From: an uncultured Candidatus Rokubacteria bacterium
GTDB lineage: Bacteria; Methylomirabilota; Methylomirabilia; Rokubacteriales; CSP1-6
Direction: 5' to 3'
Length of the DNA stretch: 64,000 nt
Assembly (NCBI GenBank): GCA_963762145.1
Contig: CAVXJS010000008.1
Location: forward strand, 64,001-128,000
Below, piece after piece: positions 10,577-20,842 of this stretch. The position numbers and the translations under genes were made by a program. Numbering within the stretch: position 1 is the stretch's first letter; each line of letters starts with the position of its first letter. The notes beneath the pieces are model-generated. The model saw nothing but the letters and a program-made list of their open reading frames with translations, was not told the origin of the DNA and ran no database searches.

Positions 10577-12127
10577 ATGACCCGTGCGCTCCGACCGCTC
10601 GTCCTTGATGCGCTGGCGCTGTGCGGGGCCCTGCTGGCCCTGTGCGCCGCCGCCCCCGCCGGGGCGCAGCCGAGCAGCACCGTCACCGTCGCGGCGCACA
10701 TCACGCTGGCGACCCGCTGGCTGGATCCGGCGGAGACCGATTCCGAGATCACGCCGTTCATGATCTTCTACGCGCTCCACGACGCCCTCGTGAAGCCCAT
10801 GCCCGGCGCGCTCAACTCCCCGAGCCTCGCGGAGTCGTGGAGCATGTCGAAGGACGGGCGCACGTGGGAGTTCGTGCTGCGGAAGGGCGCGCGCTTCCAC
10901 AACGGCGATCCGGTCACCGCCGAGGACGTGAAGTTCTCCTTCGAGCGCTATCGGGGCGCGGCCGCGCCGATCCTGAAGGACCGGGTCCGCGACGTGCAGG
11001 TGGTGGACCCGGGCCGGGTGCGCTTCCACCTGAAGGACCCGTGGCCGGACTTCATGACCTTCTACGGCACGAGCGCCTCGGGGGCCGCCTGGATCGTGCC
11101 CAAGAAGTACTTCGAGCGGGTCGGCGAGGAGGGCTTCCGCAAGGCGCCGGTCGGGGCCGGGCCGTACAAGTTCGTGAGCTTCCAGCCCGGGATCGAGCTG
11201 ACCCTCGAGGCCTTCGACGGCTACTGGCGCAAGCCCCCGAGCGTCAAGCGCCTGGTGATGCGCAGCGTCCCCGAGGAGTCCACGCGCGCCGCCGCGCTCA
11301 AGCGCGGCGAGGTGGACATCGCCTACTTCCTCAACGGCCCCATCGCGGAGGACGTCCGGCGCACCCCCGGGCTGACGCTGACCGCGATGCGCACCAACGG
11401 CGTGCTGTTCCTGATGTTCCCGGAGCAGTGGACGGCCGGCTCGCCGTGGGCGGACCGGCGCGTGCGGCTGGCCGCGAGCCTCTCGGTGGACCGCCAGGCG
11501 ATCAACGAGGCCGAGTCGCTCGGCTTCTCCGGCCCCACCGGCAACATCGTGCCCCGGCACCAGGAGTTCGCCCTGCCGATCCCGGCCGATCCCTACGACC
11601 CGAAGCGCGCCAAGGCGCTGCTGGCCGAGGCCGGGTTCCCCAACGGCTTCGACGCGGGCGAGTTCACGCCGTTCCCGCCCTACAACTCGATGGGCGAGGC
11701 CATCGCCAACTACTTCGGGGCGGTCGGCATCCGCACGCGCGTGCGCACGATGGAGCGCGCCGCCCTGCTCTCCGCCTGGCGCGACAAGAAGCTCCGCAAT
11801 CTCTTCGTGGGCGCCACCGGCTCCGCGGGCAACGCCTCCACCCGCATCGAGGCGTTCGCCACCGCCAGGGGCGTGCTGTCCTACGGCAGCATCCCGGAGC
11901 TCGAGACGCTCTTCACCGCGCAGCTCCAGGAGATGGACCGCAAGAAGCGCGAGGAGATGCTCCACCAGGTCCAGCGCATGATCCAGGAGCGGGTGATCTT
12001 CGCCCCGATCTGGGAGAACGGGTTCATCCGCGCCTACGGGCCGCGCATGGAGGAAGCCGCGCTGAACCTGATCCCCTCGTTCCCCTACGCGGGCCCCCTC
12101 GAGGACCTGAAGCTCAAGCCCAAGTAA
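10577..12127 (+). CDS. ABC transporter substrate-binding protein, family 5
   Basis: SLAESWSMS, LRKGARFHNGDPVTAEDVKFS, GAGPYKF, YDPKRAKALLAEAG. Confidence 0.9.
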   Translation: MTRALRPLVLDALALCGALLALCAAAPAGAQPSSTVTVAAHITLATRWLDPAETDSEITPFMIFYALHDALVKPMPGALNSPSLAESWSMSKDGRTWEFVLRKGARFHNGDPVTAEDVKFSFERYRGAAAPILKDRVRDVQVVDPGRVRFHLKDPWPDFMTFYGTSASGAAWIVPKKYFERVGEEGFRKAPVGAGPYKFVSFQPGIELTLEAFDGYWRKPPSVKRLVMRSVPEESTRAAALKRGEVDIAYFLNGPIAEDVRRTPGLTLTAMRTNGVLFLMFPEQWTAGSPWADRRVRLAASLSVDRQAINEAESLGFSGPTGNIVPRHQEFALPIPADPYDPKRAKALLAEAGFPNGFDAGEFTPFPPYNSMGEAIANYFGAVGIRTRVRTMERAALLSAWRDKKLRNLFVGATGSAGNASTRIEAFATARGVLSYGSIPELETLFTAQLQEMDRKKREEMLHQVQRMIQERVIFAPIWENGFIRAYGPRMEEAALNLIPSFPYAGPLEDLKLKPK

Positions 12128-12128
12128 T

Positions 12129-12164
12129 CCCTCTCCCCCCTGGGGAGAGGACAGGGTGAGGGGG
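12129..12164 (+). repeat. REP-like palindrome copy 4
   Basis: CCCTCTCCCC-CCT-GGGGAGAGG-ACAGGGTGAGGGGG between convergent stops. Confidence 0.8.
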
Positions 12165-12169
12165 TGGTC

Positions 12170-13117
12170 CTATTTCCCCTTCAGCTTGGGCAGGAGCTTC
12201 GCCGCCGCCTCGTCCACCTGCGCGAGCTGATCGCCCCCCGCGAAGCGCAGCGCGAGATGCCGCGCGCCCGCGTCGATCCAGCGCCCGAGCCATTCCACGC
12301 AGCCCTCGATCGGCCCCGCGTAGGTGGCCTGGCGGGCCATCATCGCGGCGGCGGGCGCCGCGTAGTAGGTCTCGAGGAACTGGTGCAGGCGCTGCTCCGC
12401 CTTCGCCTTGTCGGGATCCAGGGCGAGCGTCACGTAGGCCGCGCCCGACACCGCGTCGGCGGGCCGACCCGCCGCGCGCGCCGCGGCCTGGATGCGCGGG
12501 AAGTGCTCGGCGAAGAACGTCGCGCTCGGCCCGGTCGGGAACCACGCGTCGAAGCGCGCGGCCTCGCGGAAGGCGGTCGGGCCCCCGCCCCCGATCCAGA
12601 TCGGCGGCCCCCCCGGCCGGTGCGGCCTGGGTCCGACGGTGGCGCCGTCGAGCGTGAAGTGCTTGCCGTTGAACGTGACGCCGTCGCGCGTCCAGAGCGC
12701 GCGGCAGATCTCGATCGTCTCGAGGAAGCGCCCCACCCGGCGCTCCCAGGGCACCCCGCACGCCGCGAACTCCTGGCGGATCGCCGGCGTGTCGGCCGCG
12801 ATGCCGACGCCCAGGATCACGCGCCCCTCCGAGATCCGATCCACCGTGGCGATGAGATGCGCGAGCACCACCGGGTTGCGCAGCGCGGGCAGCAGCACCC
12901 CGGTGCCGAGGCGTACCCGCTTCGTGCGGGCGGCGATGGCGGCCATCAACGTGAGCGGCTCGTGGCGCGGCCGCGCGGTGATCGAGTCGCCGATCCAGAC
13001 CGAGTCGAAGCCGGCCGCCTCCGCGCGCTCCGCCATCGTGAGCAGCGGCCCCGTCTCGGGGCGCCCGGACATGATCGCCTCGCGGGTGGGAATCAGCACG
13101 CCGAACTCGACGGGCAT
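12170..13117 (-). CDS. LLM-class flavin-dependent oxidoreductase
   Basis: True start MPVEFGVLIP; AEAAGFDSVWIGDS, RVRLGTGVLLPALRNP, GGPPIWIGG. Confidence 0.88.
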   Translation of the reverse strand: MPVEFGVLIPTREAIMSGRPETGPLLTMAERAEAAGFDSVWIGDSITARPRHEPLTLMAAIAARTKRVRLGTGVLLPALRNPVVLAHLIATVDRISEGRVILGVGIAADTPAIRQEFAACGVPWERRVGRFLETIEICRALWTRDGVTFNGKHFTLDGATVGPRPHRPGGPPIWIGGGGPTAFREAARFDAWFPTGPSATFFAEHFPRIQAAARAAGRPADAVSGAAYVTLALDPDKAKAEQRLHQFLETYYAAPAAAMMARQATYAGPIEGCVEWLGRWIDAGARHLALRFAGGDQLAQVDEAAAKLLPKLKGK

Positions 13118-13119
13118 GG

Positions 13120-16100
13120 CTACCTCCTGACCAGATCCTCGACTTCGCGAATGAGGGGCGACGATTCGAGCCCCGCCCGCAGGGCGGGATCCCGGGTCGC
13201 CGCGCGCAATGCGGTGATGATATCCCAGGCTCCGCGATAGCGCCCGAGCGCGTCCTCCCGCCGCCCCCGTGCCGCGTCGAGCCGCCCGAGGGCCACGTGG
13301 CAGAGCCAGGTCTGGCGCGGCTGGCCGATCGCCGTCGCGAGCGCGAGCGACCGCCGCAGCGCCTCCTCCGCTTCCCCCCACACCCGCCGCGCGGTGGCGC
13401 TCTCGCCCTTGAGGCGCCAGGCCCAGGTCTCGAACTTGCGCGACGCCGTCGGCACGATGAACTCGAGGCTCTCGTCGGCGTGCCGGCGGGCCCCGTCGGC
13501 GTCGCCGCGCATCAGGGCGAGCTGGCCCTGGCTCACGTGGCAGTGCATCGCATAGCGCCAGGTCATCCAGCGGGACGGCGGCGGATTCCGCACGATCGCG
13601 CTCGACTCCGCCAGCGAATCGGCCGCGCTGGCGAGATCGCCCCGGGCCATCCAGGCGTCGGCCTCGTTGTTCCGGATGAAGGCCCGGCGCTCGGCGCCGG
13701 TACTGTGGCCGGCGCGGGACGAGCGCCCGGTCGCCTCGTAGGAGCGCTCGGACAGCTCCATGCCCCGGTCGAGGTCGCCGCACTCCAGGTAGAGCCACCC
13801 GAGCGTGTTCTGGTAGCGCGGGATGAAGGAATCGTCGCCGATCCGCTCGGCCATGGTCAGGCCTTCCGTCAGGGCGGCGAGCCCGGCGTCGTACTCGCCC
13901 AGGTCGTTCCACGCCGCGCCCTGGTTCCAGAGGCAGCGCAGCAGCGGCATGACCAGGCGATGCTCGCGGGCGAGGCGAACCCCCTCGCTGGCCGCCTCGA
14001 GGCTCTCCCGGTACTCGCCCCGCCAGGCCGAGCGCAGCGCGAGCGTGTGCAGCGCGAGCACCTGCCGGCCCAGATCGCCCACCGCCCGGCCGATGGCGAG
14101 GGCACGCTCGGTGTCCTCCTTCGCGGCGTCCAGCTCTCCGCTGACCGCGTGCACGAACCCGCGGACGATGAGGCCCCCGGCCAGCGGCCGCTGGGCTCCC
14201 GCGGCCTCCGCCAGCTCGATCGCCTCGCGCGCCCGCTCCAGAGCTCCCGGGAAGTCCTCCGCCCACTGGAGCGCCGAGGCGCCCTGGATCAGCGCATTGG
14301 CCTCCGCGGGACGATCCTGTACCCTCCGGGCCAGATCCACGAGGATCTCGGCCGCCTCCCGCGAGCGCGGGAAGTCGCCCACGCCGAAGAAGAGGTCCGC
14401 CCGGGCGGAGTGGATGGCCATGAGCGTCGTCGCGGGCACGCGATCTCCGAGGCTGTCCGCGGCGCGCAGCGCCTCCTCGTAGAGATCGAGGGCCTGCCGA
14501 AACCCGAAGGCCTGGGTCGCTTTCTCGGCCGCGCGGATCAGGTAGGTGAGGGCGCGCTCGGGATCGTCGGTGCGCGAGAAGTGATGCGCGAGGACCTCGA
14601 AGTGCTCGGGGAGGCGATCAGGGTAGAGCTCCTCGATGGCCGTGCCGACGAGGCGGTGGAGCTCGCGGCGCCGCTGGACGAGCAGGGAGGCGTAGGCCAC
14701 GTCCTGGGTCAGCGCGTGCTTGAAGCCATAGGCCAGCTCGGGAAACCGGCGCCGCTCGTGGATCAGCTCGAGCGCGCTCAGCTCTCGCAGGGCGCCGTCG
14801 GTGCCCTCGCCGACCTGGGACACACGATCGACCAGGCGCCGGCTGAACTCGCGCCCGATCACCGACGCGAGCTGGAGCGTGATCTTGGGCGCCTCGGCGA
14901 GCCGGTCGACCCGCGCGGCGATCACGTCCTGGATGCGGTCCGGCACCGTGATCTGCGAGAGGGGCCGGGTCAGCGTCAGCCGGCCGTCCACCGTCTGGAG
15001 GGCCCCGGTCTCCTCGAGGGCACGGACCAGCTCCTCGATGTAGAACGGGTTGCCCTCGGCCTTGTCCGCGACGAGGCTCCGGAGCTCCCCGGGTAGCGCG
15101 CCGACCGCCAGCACCGCCTGGGCGATGCGCGCGCTCTCCTCCGAGGACAGCGCGGCCGGCACCACGCGCGTGAAGTAGCTCCGCTCGCCGAACGGGCTCG
15201 CGTAGCCCGGGCGGTAGGTGAACACGAGCAGCGCGCGCAGCGCGGGCACGCTCTCGGTCAGGGTCGTGAGGAACTGCTCGCTCACCCCGTCGATCCAGTG
15301 CAGGTCCTCGATCACCACCACCTGCGGCCGCGCCTCCGCGCTGCGCACGAGCATGCCCCGCAGCGCCTCGACGGTCTCGGCGCGCCGCTGCGCGGGCGGC
15401 ATCGCCTCCACGTCGGCGCTCCCCGGGTCGATGGACAGGAGCGCGCGGAGATAGGGCGCCGCCGGCGCAAGCTCCGGATCGATCGCGGCGAGGCCCCGCT
15501 CGACCTTTGCGGCGATCGCCGCCTCCGTGTCCCCATCCTCGATGCCGAGCAGCCGCCGGAGCAGGTCGATCAGCGGGTGGAACGGCATGGCCCGGCCGAA
15601 GGACAGGCAGTGCCCCTCGTGCCACGCGGCCTCGCCGCCGATCCGCCGGCGCAGCTCTGCGAGCAGGCGCGACTTGCCCATGCCCGCGTCCGCCACGAGG
15701 AACGCCACCTGCCCCTGCCCGCCGCGGGCGCGCTCGAAGGCCTCGAGCAGGAGTCCCAGCTCCCGCTCCCGTCCCACGAACGGCGTGAGCCCGCCCTCGG
15801 CCGAGACCTCGAGCCGCGTGCGGGTCTCGCGGGCGGTCAGCACTTCCCACGCGGTCACCGGCTCGGCCTTCCCCTTGACCGCCAGCTCCCCGAGCGACCG
15901 CGTCTCGAAGAAGCCGCGCACGAGGCGGTGGGTCGCGTCCGAGATCGTCACGTGCCCGGGCTCCCCCGCCTGCTGCATGCGCGCGGCCACGTTGGTGGCG
16001 TCGCCGACCGCGGTGTAGTCCATGCGGAGGTCGCTGCCGATGCTGCCCACCACCACGAGCCCGGTGTTGAGCCCCTGACGGGCGCGAAAGCGAATGCCGC

Positions 16101-16686
16101 GCGGGAGCAGCTCCGCCTGGTACGCCTGAAGGGCCCGCGCGATGCCCAGCGCGGCGTGCACCGCGCGCACCGCGTGGTCCTCGTGCGCGATCGGCGCCCC
16201 GAAGATCGCCATGATGCCGTCGCCCAGGAACTGGTTGACCGTGCCCTCGTAGCGGTGCACCTCGGCCAGCATCAGGTCGAAGGCGCGGCTCATCAGCCGG
16301 TGGACCTCCTCCGGATCGAGCCCTTCGGAGAGCGACGTGAAGCCGGCCACGTCGACGAACAGCACCGTCACCTGCTTGCGCTCGCCCTGGAGCGCGCCCG
16401 CGCTGGTGAGGATCTTCTCGGCGAGGTGCCGCGGGGTGTAGGCCCGCGGCGGTGCGGACGTGACGGCAGGCGGTGGGACGGCGGGCGATGGGACGGCGGG
16501 CGGGCGGATCGCCGGCGGTACGACGGGGGCCGGCGCGCCGAGGGCCGCCCCGCACTGATGACAGAAGCGGTTGCCTGGCGGGTTGGGCGCCTGGCACGCG
16601 GGACAGGCCGCGACCAGACGGCTCCCGCATCCGCCGCAGAACTGCGCGCCGGCCGGGTTCGCCTGGCCGCAGCCGGCGCAGGTCAC
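13120..16686 (-). CDS. Double Zn-ribbon / class III nucleotide cyclase / AAA(STAND) ATPase / TPR protein
   Basis: Four CxxC pairs; GERKQVTVLFVDVAGFT, QFLGDG, GDATNVAAR; FVGREREL, AGMGKS Walker A, VVVIEDLHW, GNPFY; helical repeats. Confidence 0.9.
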   Translation of the reverse strand: MTCAGCGQANPAGAQFCGGCGSRLVAACPACQAPNPPGNRFCHQCGAALGAPAPVVPPAIRPPAVPSPAVPPPAVTSAPPRAYTPRHLAEKILTSAGALQGERKQVTVLFVDVAGFTSLSEGLDPEEVHRLMSRAFDLMLAEVHRYEGTVNQFLGDGIMAIFGAPIAHEDHAVRAVHAALGIARALQAYQAELLPRGIRFRARQGLNTGLVVVGSIGSDLRMDYTAVGDATNVAARMQQAGEPGHVTISDATHRLVRGFFETRSLGELAVKGKAEPVTAWEVLTARETRTRLEVSAEGGLTPFVGRERELGLLLEAFERARGGQGQVAFLVADAGMGKSRLLAELRRRIGGEAAWHEGHCLSFGRAMPFHPLIDLLRRLLGIEDGDTEAAIAAKVERGLAAIDPELAPAAPYLRALLSIDPGSADVEAMPPAQRRAETVEALRGMLVRSAEARPQVVVIEDLHWIDGVSEQFLTTLTESVPALRALLVFTYRPGYASPFGERSYFTRVVPAALSSEESARIAQAVLAVGALPGELRSLVADKAEGNPFYIEELVRALEETGALQTVDGRLTLTRPLSQITVPDRIQDVIAARVDRLAEAPKITLQLASVIGREFSRRLVDRVSQVGEGTDGALRELSALELIHERRRFPELAYGFKHALTQDVAYASLLVQRRRELHRLVGTAIEELYPDRLPEHFEVLAHHFSRTDDPERALTYLIRAAEKATQAFGFRQALDLYEEALRAADSLGDRVPATTLMAIHSARADLFFGVGDFPRSREAAEILVDLARRVQDRPAEANALIQGASALQWAEDFPGALERAREAIELAEAAGAQRPLAGGLIVRGFVHAVSGELDAAKEDTERALAIGRAVGDLGRQVLALHTLALRSAWRGEYRESLEAASEGVRLAREHRLVMPLLRCLWNQGAAWNDLGEYDAGLAALTEGLTMAERIGDDSFIPRYQNTLGWLYLECGDLDRGMELSERSYEATGRSSRAGHSTGAERRAFIRNNEADAWMARGDLASAADSLAESSAIVRNPPPSRWMTWRYAMHCHVSQGQLALMRGDADGARRHADESLEFIVPTASRKFETWAWRLKGESATARRVWGEAEEALRRSLALATAIGQPRQTWLCHVALGRLDAARGRREDALGRYRGAWDIITALRAATRDPALRAGLESSPLIREVEDLVRR

Positions 16687-16689
16687 GCG

Positions 16690-17661
16690 CTAGGCGGCTT
16701 CCCGCCAGGCCCCGGCCTGGTCCAGCGCGGCGGTCTGCTCGGCGTCGAGGGTGAGTTCGATCGCGCCCACCAGCTCCTTGAGCTGCGCCACCGAGGTGGC
16801 GCTCGCGATCGGCGCGGTGATGCCGGGCCGGTGGGCGAGCCACGAGAGCGAGACCTGCGCGGGCGTGGCGCTCGTCGCCGCCGCGACCTTCTCGACCGCG
16901 GCGAGCACGCGGAAGCCCCGCTCGTTCATGTAGGTCCTCTCCACGCCGCCGGCGCGCGCGGTCTTGGGCAGCGGCTCGCCCGAGCGGTACTTGCCGGAGA
17001 GGAACCCGCTGGCCAGCGAGGAGTACGGGATCACGCCGACCTCCTGCTCGCGGCAGAGGGGCTCGAGCTCGCGCTCGTACTCATCGCGGATCACCAGGTT
17101 GTACTTGGGCTGCAGGCACTCGTAGCGCACGGTGGAGGCCCGGTCGGCCTCCCAGAGCGCGCGCGTGAGACGCCACGCCGGATAGTTCGACGCGCCGATG
17201 TAACGCACCTTGCCCTGGCGCACGAGGTCGTCGAAGGCGCGGAGCGACTCCGCGAGCGGGGTCTCCTGGTCGTCCCAGTGGGCCTGATAGAGGTCGATGT
17301 AGTCGGTCTGCAGCCGCCGCAGCGAGGCCTCCACGCCCTCCACGATGTGCGCGCGCGAGAGCCCCTTGTCGTTCGGCCCGGGGCCCATCGGCCCGCACAC
17401 CTTGGTGGCGATCAGCACGGAGGCCCGGTTCTTGCGGGCGGTCATCCACTGGCCGAGCGCGGCCTCCGACTCGCCGCCCTTGTTGCCGGGCGCCCAGCGC
17501 GAGTAGACGTCGGCGGTGTCGATGAAGTTCCCGCCGGCCTCGCAGTAGGCGTCGAGCACCGCCTCGGAGGTCTTCTGGTCGGTGGTCCACCCGAACGTGT
17601 TGCCGCCCAGGCACAGCGCGGACACCTTGAGCCCGGTGCGACCCAGCTTGCGCATCAGCAT
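16690..17661 (-). CDS. Aldo/keto reductase
   Basis: LGRTGLKVSALCLG, FIDTADVY, LIATK, SLRRLQTDYIDLYQAH, IGASN. Confidence 0.93.
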   Translation of the reverse strand: MLMRKLGRTGLKVSALCLGGNTFGWTTDQKTSEAVLDAYCEAGGNFIDTADVYSRWAPGNKGGESEAALGQWMTARKNRASVLIATKVCGPMGPGPNDKGLSRAHIVEGVEASLRRLQTDYIDLYQAHWDDQETPLAESLRAFDDLVRQGKVRYIGASNYPAWRLTRALWEADRASTVRYECLQPKYNLVIRDEYERELEPLCREQEVGVIPYSSLASGFLSGKYRSGEPLPKTARAGGVERTYMNERGFRVLAAVEKVAAATSATPAQVSLSWLAHRPGITAPIASATSVAQLKELVGAIELTLDAEQTAALDQAGAWREAA

Positions 17662-17671
17662 GACGAGTCTC

Positions 17672-18811
17672 CTATCTCCAGAGTTGCCGGGACGCCAGCC
17701 GCGCGCCCTCGGTCATCGACTTGAGCTTCTCCCAGACGATCTCGGGCTCGACGAGGGCCTGCGACCGCGCGAAGGTGGCGAAGCCGCAATCGCTGCCCGC
17801 CATCACCCGCTCGCGCCCCACCACGTCCGCGTAGCGGACGAGGCGCTGAGCGACCAGCTCGGGGTGCTCGATGAAGTTGGTGGTGGTGTCGAGCACGCCC
17901 GGGATGATCACCTTGTCGTCGGGCAGATTCACCTGCCGGAACACGATCCACTCGTGCGCGTGACGCGGGTTGGCGCCCTCGAACGACAGCGCCTGCGGCC
18001 GGGCCCGGAGCACCACGGGCAGGATCTCGCGGAGCGGGATGTCCCGGTGGTGCGGGCCCTCGTAGTTCCCCCAGCACAGGTGCAGGCGCATCCGATCCGG
18101 CGGGATGTCGCGGAGCGCGTGGTTGAGCGCGTCCACGTTGCCCTCCGCGAGCTTCACGAACTCCGCGTTGCTGAGGTCGGGAAACGCCAGGTGCCGGCTC
18201 ATGGCCAGGTCCGGGCAGTCCACCTGGAGGAGGAAGCCGGCCCGGTGGATGGCGTCGTACTCCTCCTTCATCACGTCGACCAGCTGCGCCAGGTAGGCCT
18301 CGCGGCTCGGATAGTGCGTGTTCTGGAGGAAGTGCGCGATCACGCCGGGCGAGGCGGCGGACATGAAGGCCTCGGTGGGCACGGCGGCGTCCACGGCCGC
18401 GCGCAGGTTGGCCACGTCCTTGCCCACCGCGGCGCGGTCCTTCCAGTCGATGGGGCCGTTGCAGGCCGGGCGCATGATCGCGGCGCGGCGCTCCGCGCGG
18501 GCCGCCGCTTCGGGGAAGTCCGCCCAGTCGGCCCGCTTGGCCGCCCCGCTCTGGCCGTCGAAGCCGGTGAGCCGGTGCCGCACGTAGGTCGAGTAGCCCA
18601 CCTTGCCCTGCTCGCCGTCGCTGACCACGTCCACGCCCGCGTCCACCTGCAGGCGCACGATGTCGGCCACCGCGCGGCGGACGCGCGCCTCGAGCGCGGC
18701 CGGCTCGGTGGCCCCGCCGGTGTCCAGCGCGTCGAGCATCACGGCCAGATCGGGCGGCCGCGGGAGGCTGCCGGTGTGCGTGGTCAGGATGCGGTCCGTG
18801 CTTCGCTTCAT
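17672..18811 (-). CDS. Cobalamin-independent methionine synthase II family protein (epoxyalkane:CoM transferase-like)
   Basis: TTHTGSLPRP, SDGE, LQVDCPD, HLCWGN, DCGF Zn ligands. Confidence 0.88.
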   Translation of the reverse strand: MKRSTDRILTTHTGSLPRPPDLAVMLDALDTGGATEPAALEARVRRAVADIVRLQVDAGVDVVSDGEQGKVGYSTYVRHRLTGFDGQSGAAKRADWADFPEAAARAERRAAIMRPACNGPIDWKDRAAVGKDVANLRAAVDAAVPTEAFMSAASPGVIAHFLQNTHYPSREAYLAQLVDVMKEEYDAIHRAGFLLQVDCPDLAMSRHLAFPDLSNAEFVKLAEGNVDALNHALRDIPPDRMRLHLCWGNYEGPHHRDIPLREILPVVLRARPQALSFEGANPRHAHEWIVFRQVNLPDDKVIIPGVLDTTTNFIEHPELVAQRLVRYADVVGRERVMAGSDCGFATFARSQALVEPEIVWEKLKSMTEGARLASRQLWR

Positions 18812-18822
18812 GGGGGCGAGCG

Positions 18823-18852
18823 AATCTCACTCCACTCGCGAGCGATTGTCAA
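18823..18852 (-). promoter_or_regulatory. Candidate sigma70 promoter for the metE-like/AKR/cyclase/LLM run
   Basis: Minus-strand TTGACA (18847-18852), 17-18 bp from a weak GAGATT -10. Confidence 0.4.
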
Positions 18853-18870
18853 GAATGTGCAACCCGAGGG

Positions 18871-19023
18871 CTACTCGATCACCTGGTCCGCCCGGTGCAG
18901 GAGCGACGGGGGGATCGTCAGGCCGAGCGCCTTCGCGGTCTTGAGGTTGATCACCAGCTCGAATTTCGTGGATTGCTCGATGGGCAGGTCTCCGGGCTTG
19001 GCGCCCTTGAGGATCTTGTCCAC
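18871..19023 (-). pseudogene. 3' remnant of a PF04392-type ABC substrate-binding protein gene
   Basis: [50 protein letters not shown]; homology stops abruptly near 19024. Confidence 0.8.
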
Positions 19024-19210
19024 GTGTCGGTGGCCGTGGGGAGACCGGACGCGCGACGGCGACGCGGGCGCGCGCGTCGAGCATCGTGGTGTATACTTAC
19101 GCTCCGCCCTCTGAGGAGAAGCAGTAGGGCCTCGATGGAGGCCATCTTTGTGTACTCCTCGCTCGTGTCAAGCATCGGGGTCCTACGCGCTGTGGCCGGT
19201 GCTCTGAATC

Positions 19211-19819
19211 ATGGATGGCTGGGATCTTGTCAGACGAAGCATGGTCGTGGCGCTGGAATTCTGGGATCGTGTCAAGCAGGCGACGGTGATGTGGCTGACG
19301 CTCTGGAACGGCGTCAGAAGGACGTGGTTCGGAATCTTAGCCAGCTTGTTCATGGTGGTCGTCATCATCGCTGCGTGTTACGGGGCGTGGGGTGCATGGA
19401 CTTCTTGGCGCCTTGCAAAGCTGGCATCGGTTTCGACGACTTGGCCGAATATCAGAATCTTGAATGACGTGACGGTCGAGACTAGAACGAGGTGTAGAGA
19501 ATCGGTGCTGTCCTACATCGTAGTACTAGTCCCTCCGAAGAATGATGACGCGGTGACTTTGGCGGACAAGACCGACGCCGCCAAAGTCATGACCGACAGA
19601 CTCAGAGAACGTCTCAAAGCGATCCACCTGAGATTTGTCGATAAGGACGGCTTCCCTACTGCGGCCTATGACGTGGCCATCGATGAGTTCGTCAGGTTGT
19701 ACTTCAGCGACCATGCACGCCCCACGACTCTTGAGGCTCGGGGCCGGGTCCCTTGTAGTCCTGCCAGTTACCTTCAAACCAAGTCACTCCTCCTGAGCTG
19801 GACAGAACGGCCTGAGTGA
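19211..19819 (+). CDS. Hypothetical membrane-anchored protein (lower GC)
   Basis: 202 aa with one TM segment (FGILASLFMVVVIIAACYG) and atypical codon usage; TATACT at 19092-19097 upstream. Confidence 0.65.
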   Translation: MDGWDLVRRSMVVALEFWDRVKQATVMWLTLWNGVRRTWFGILASLFMVVVIIAACYGAWGAWTSWRLAKLASVSTTWPNIRILNDVTVETRTRCRESVLSYIVVLVPPKNDDAVTLADKTDAAKVMTDRLRERLKAIHLRFVDKDGFPTAAYDVAIDEFVRLYFSDHARPTTLEARGRVPCSPASYLQTKSLLLSWTERPE

Positions 19820-19856
19820 GCAGCCGCGAGTGCCAGCCGCAAGAGAGCGCCTACCC

Positions 19857-20842
19857 CTACTCGATCAGGTGATCCGCCCGCTGCAGGAGCGACGGCGGCA
19901 TCGTGAGACCGAGGGCTTTGGCGGTCCTCAGGTTGATGACCAGCTCATACTTCGCGGGCTGCTGGATGGGAAGATCGGCAGGCTTCGCGCCCTTGAGGAT
20001 CTTGTCCACATAGGCCGCGGCGTGGCGGGAGAGTTCGACGATACCGCTGCCGTATGACATCAGGCCGCCCACTTCCACGTGCTCGCGCACTCGTAGATCG
20101 CGGGCAAGCGGTACTTGGCGGCTCGCTCGACGATCTGCTTCCGGTCGCGAGTGAGGATGGGGCTCGGGAGGACAAAGAGCGCCTCGCTTCTCTCCGAAAC
20201 CATCCTCGCGAAGGCGCGGTCGTAGTCACTACCCTGAATCTCGACGACGACCAGCTTGACCCGCAGGGCTGACGCCGCCTTCTGCGCCTCCTGCAGCGAA
20301 TCCCCGCCGTGTCCACCGACAGCGAGGACCGCGAGCCGCGCGACCCCCGGGACCGCTTCCATGATCAACTCCAACCGTTTGCCGGCGAGCGCGGTCTCGC
20401 CAGCGGTTGTCACCCCGGTGATGTTCCCGCCTGGCCTTGAAAGGCTTGCCACCCATCCCCTCGCGACAGGATCGCCGCCAAAGATCATGACGATTGGGAC
20501 TGTTGCTGTCGTGTCTTTTGCGGCCTGAACGGCCGGCTCGCTCAAGGCGACGATGACGTCCACCTGGAGCCCCACCAGCTCGCGGGTGAGCTGGGGAAGC
20601 CGGTCGATTCGGCCATCCGCGAATCGTCGCTCGACGACGAGGTTTCGGCCGTCGACGTAGCCCAGCTCGCGCAGGGCCACGGGGACAAGGTTCGGTGCCG
20701 TGGCAACCGAGGGGTCTGGGACCCCGCCGGGCGAGAGGATGCCCACACGGGACACCTTCCCCGTCTGCTGCGCCTCGGCGGCGAGCGGCGAGTGGAGGAG
20801 CGCGCCCGCCGCCGCCGCGATGAAGGCCCGGCGGCCGATCAC
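19857..20842 (-). CDS. PF04392-type ABC substrate-binding protein (frameshift ~20090)
   Basis: IGRRAFIAA Tat-like start; [52 protein letters not shown]. Confidence 0.85.
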
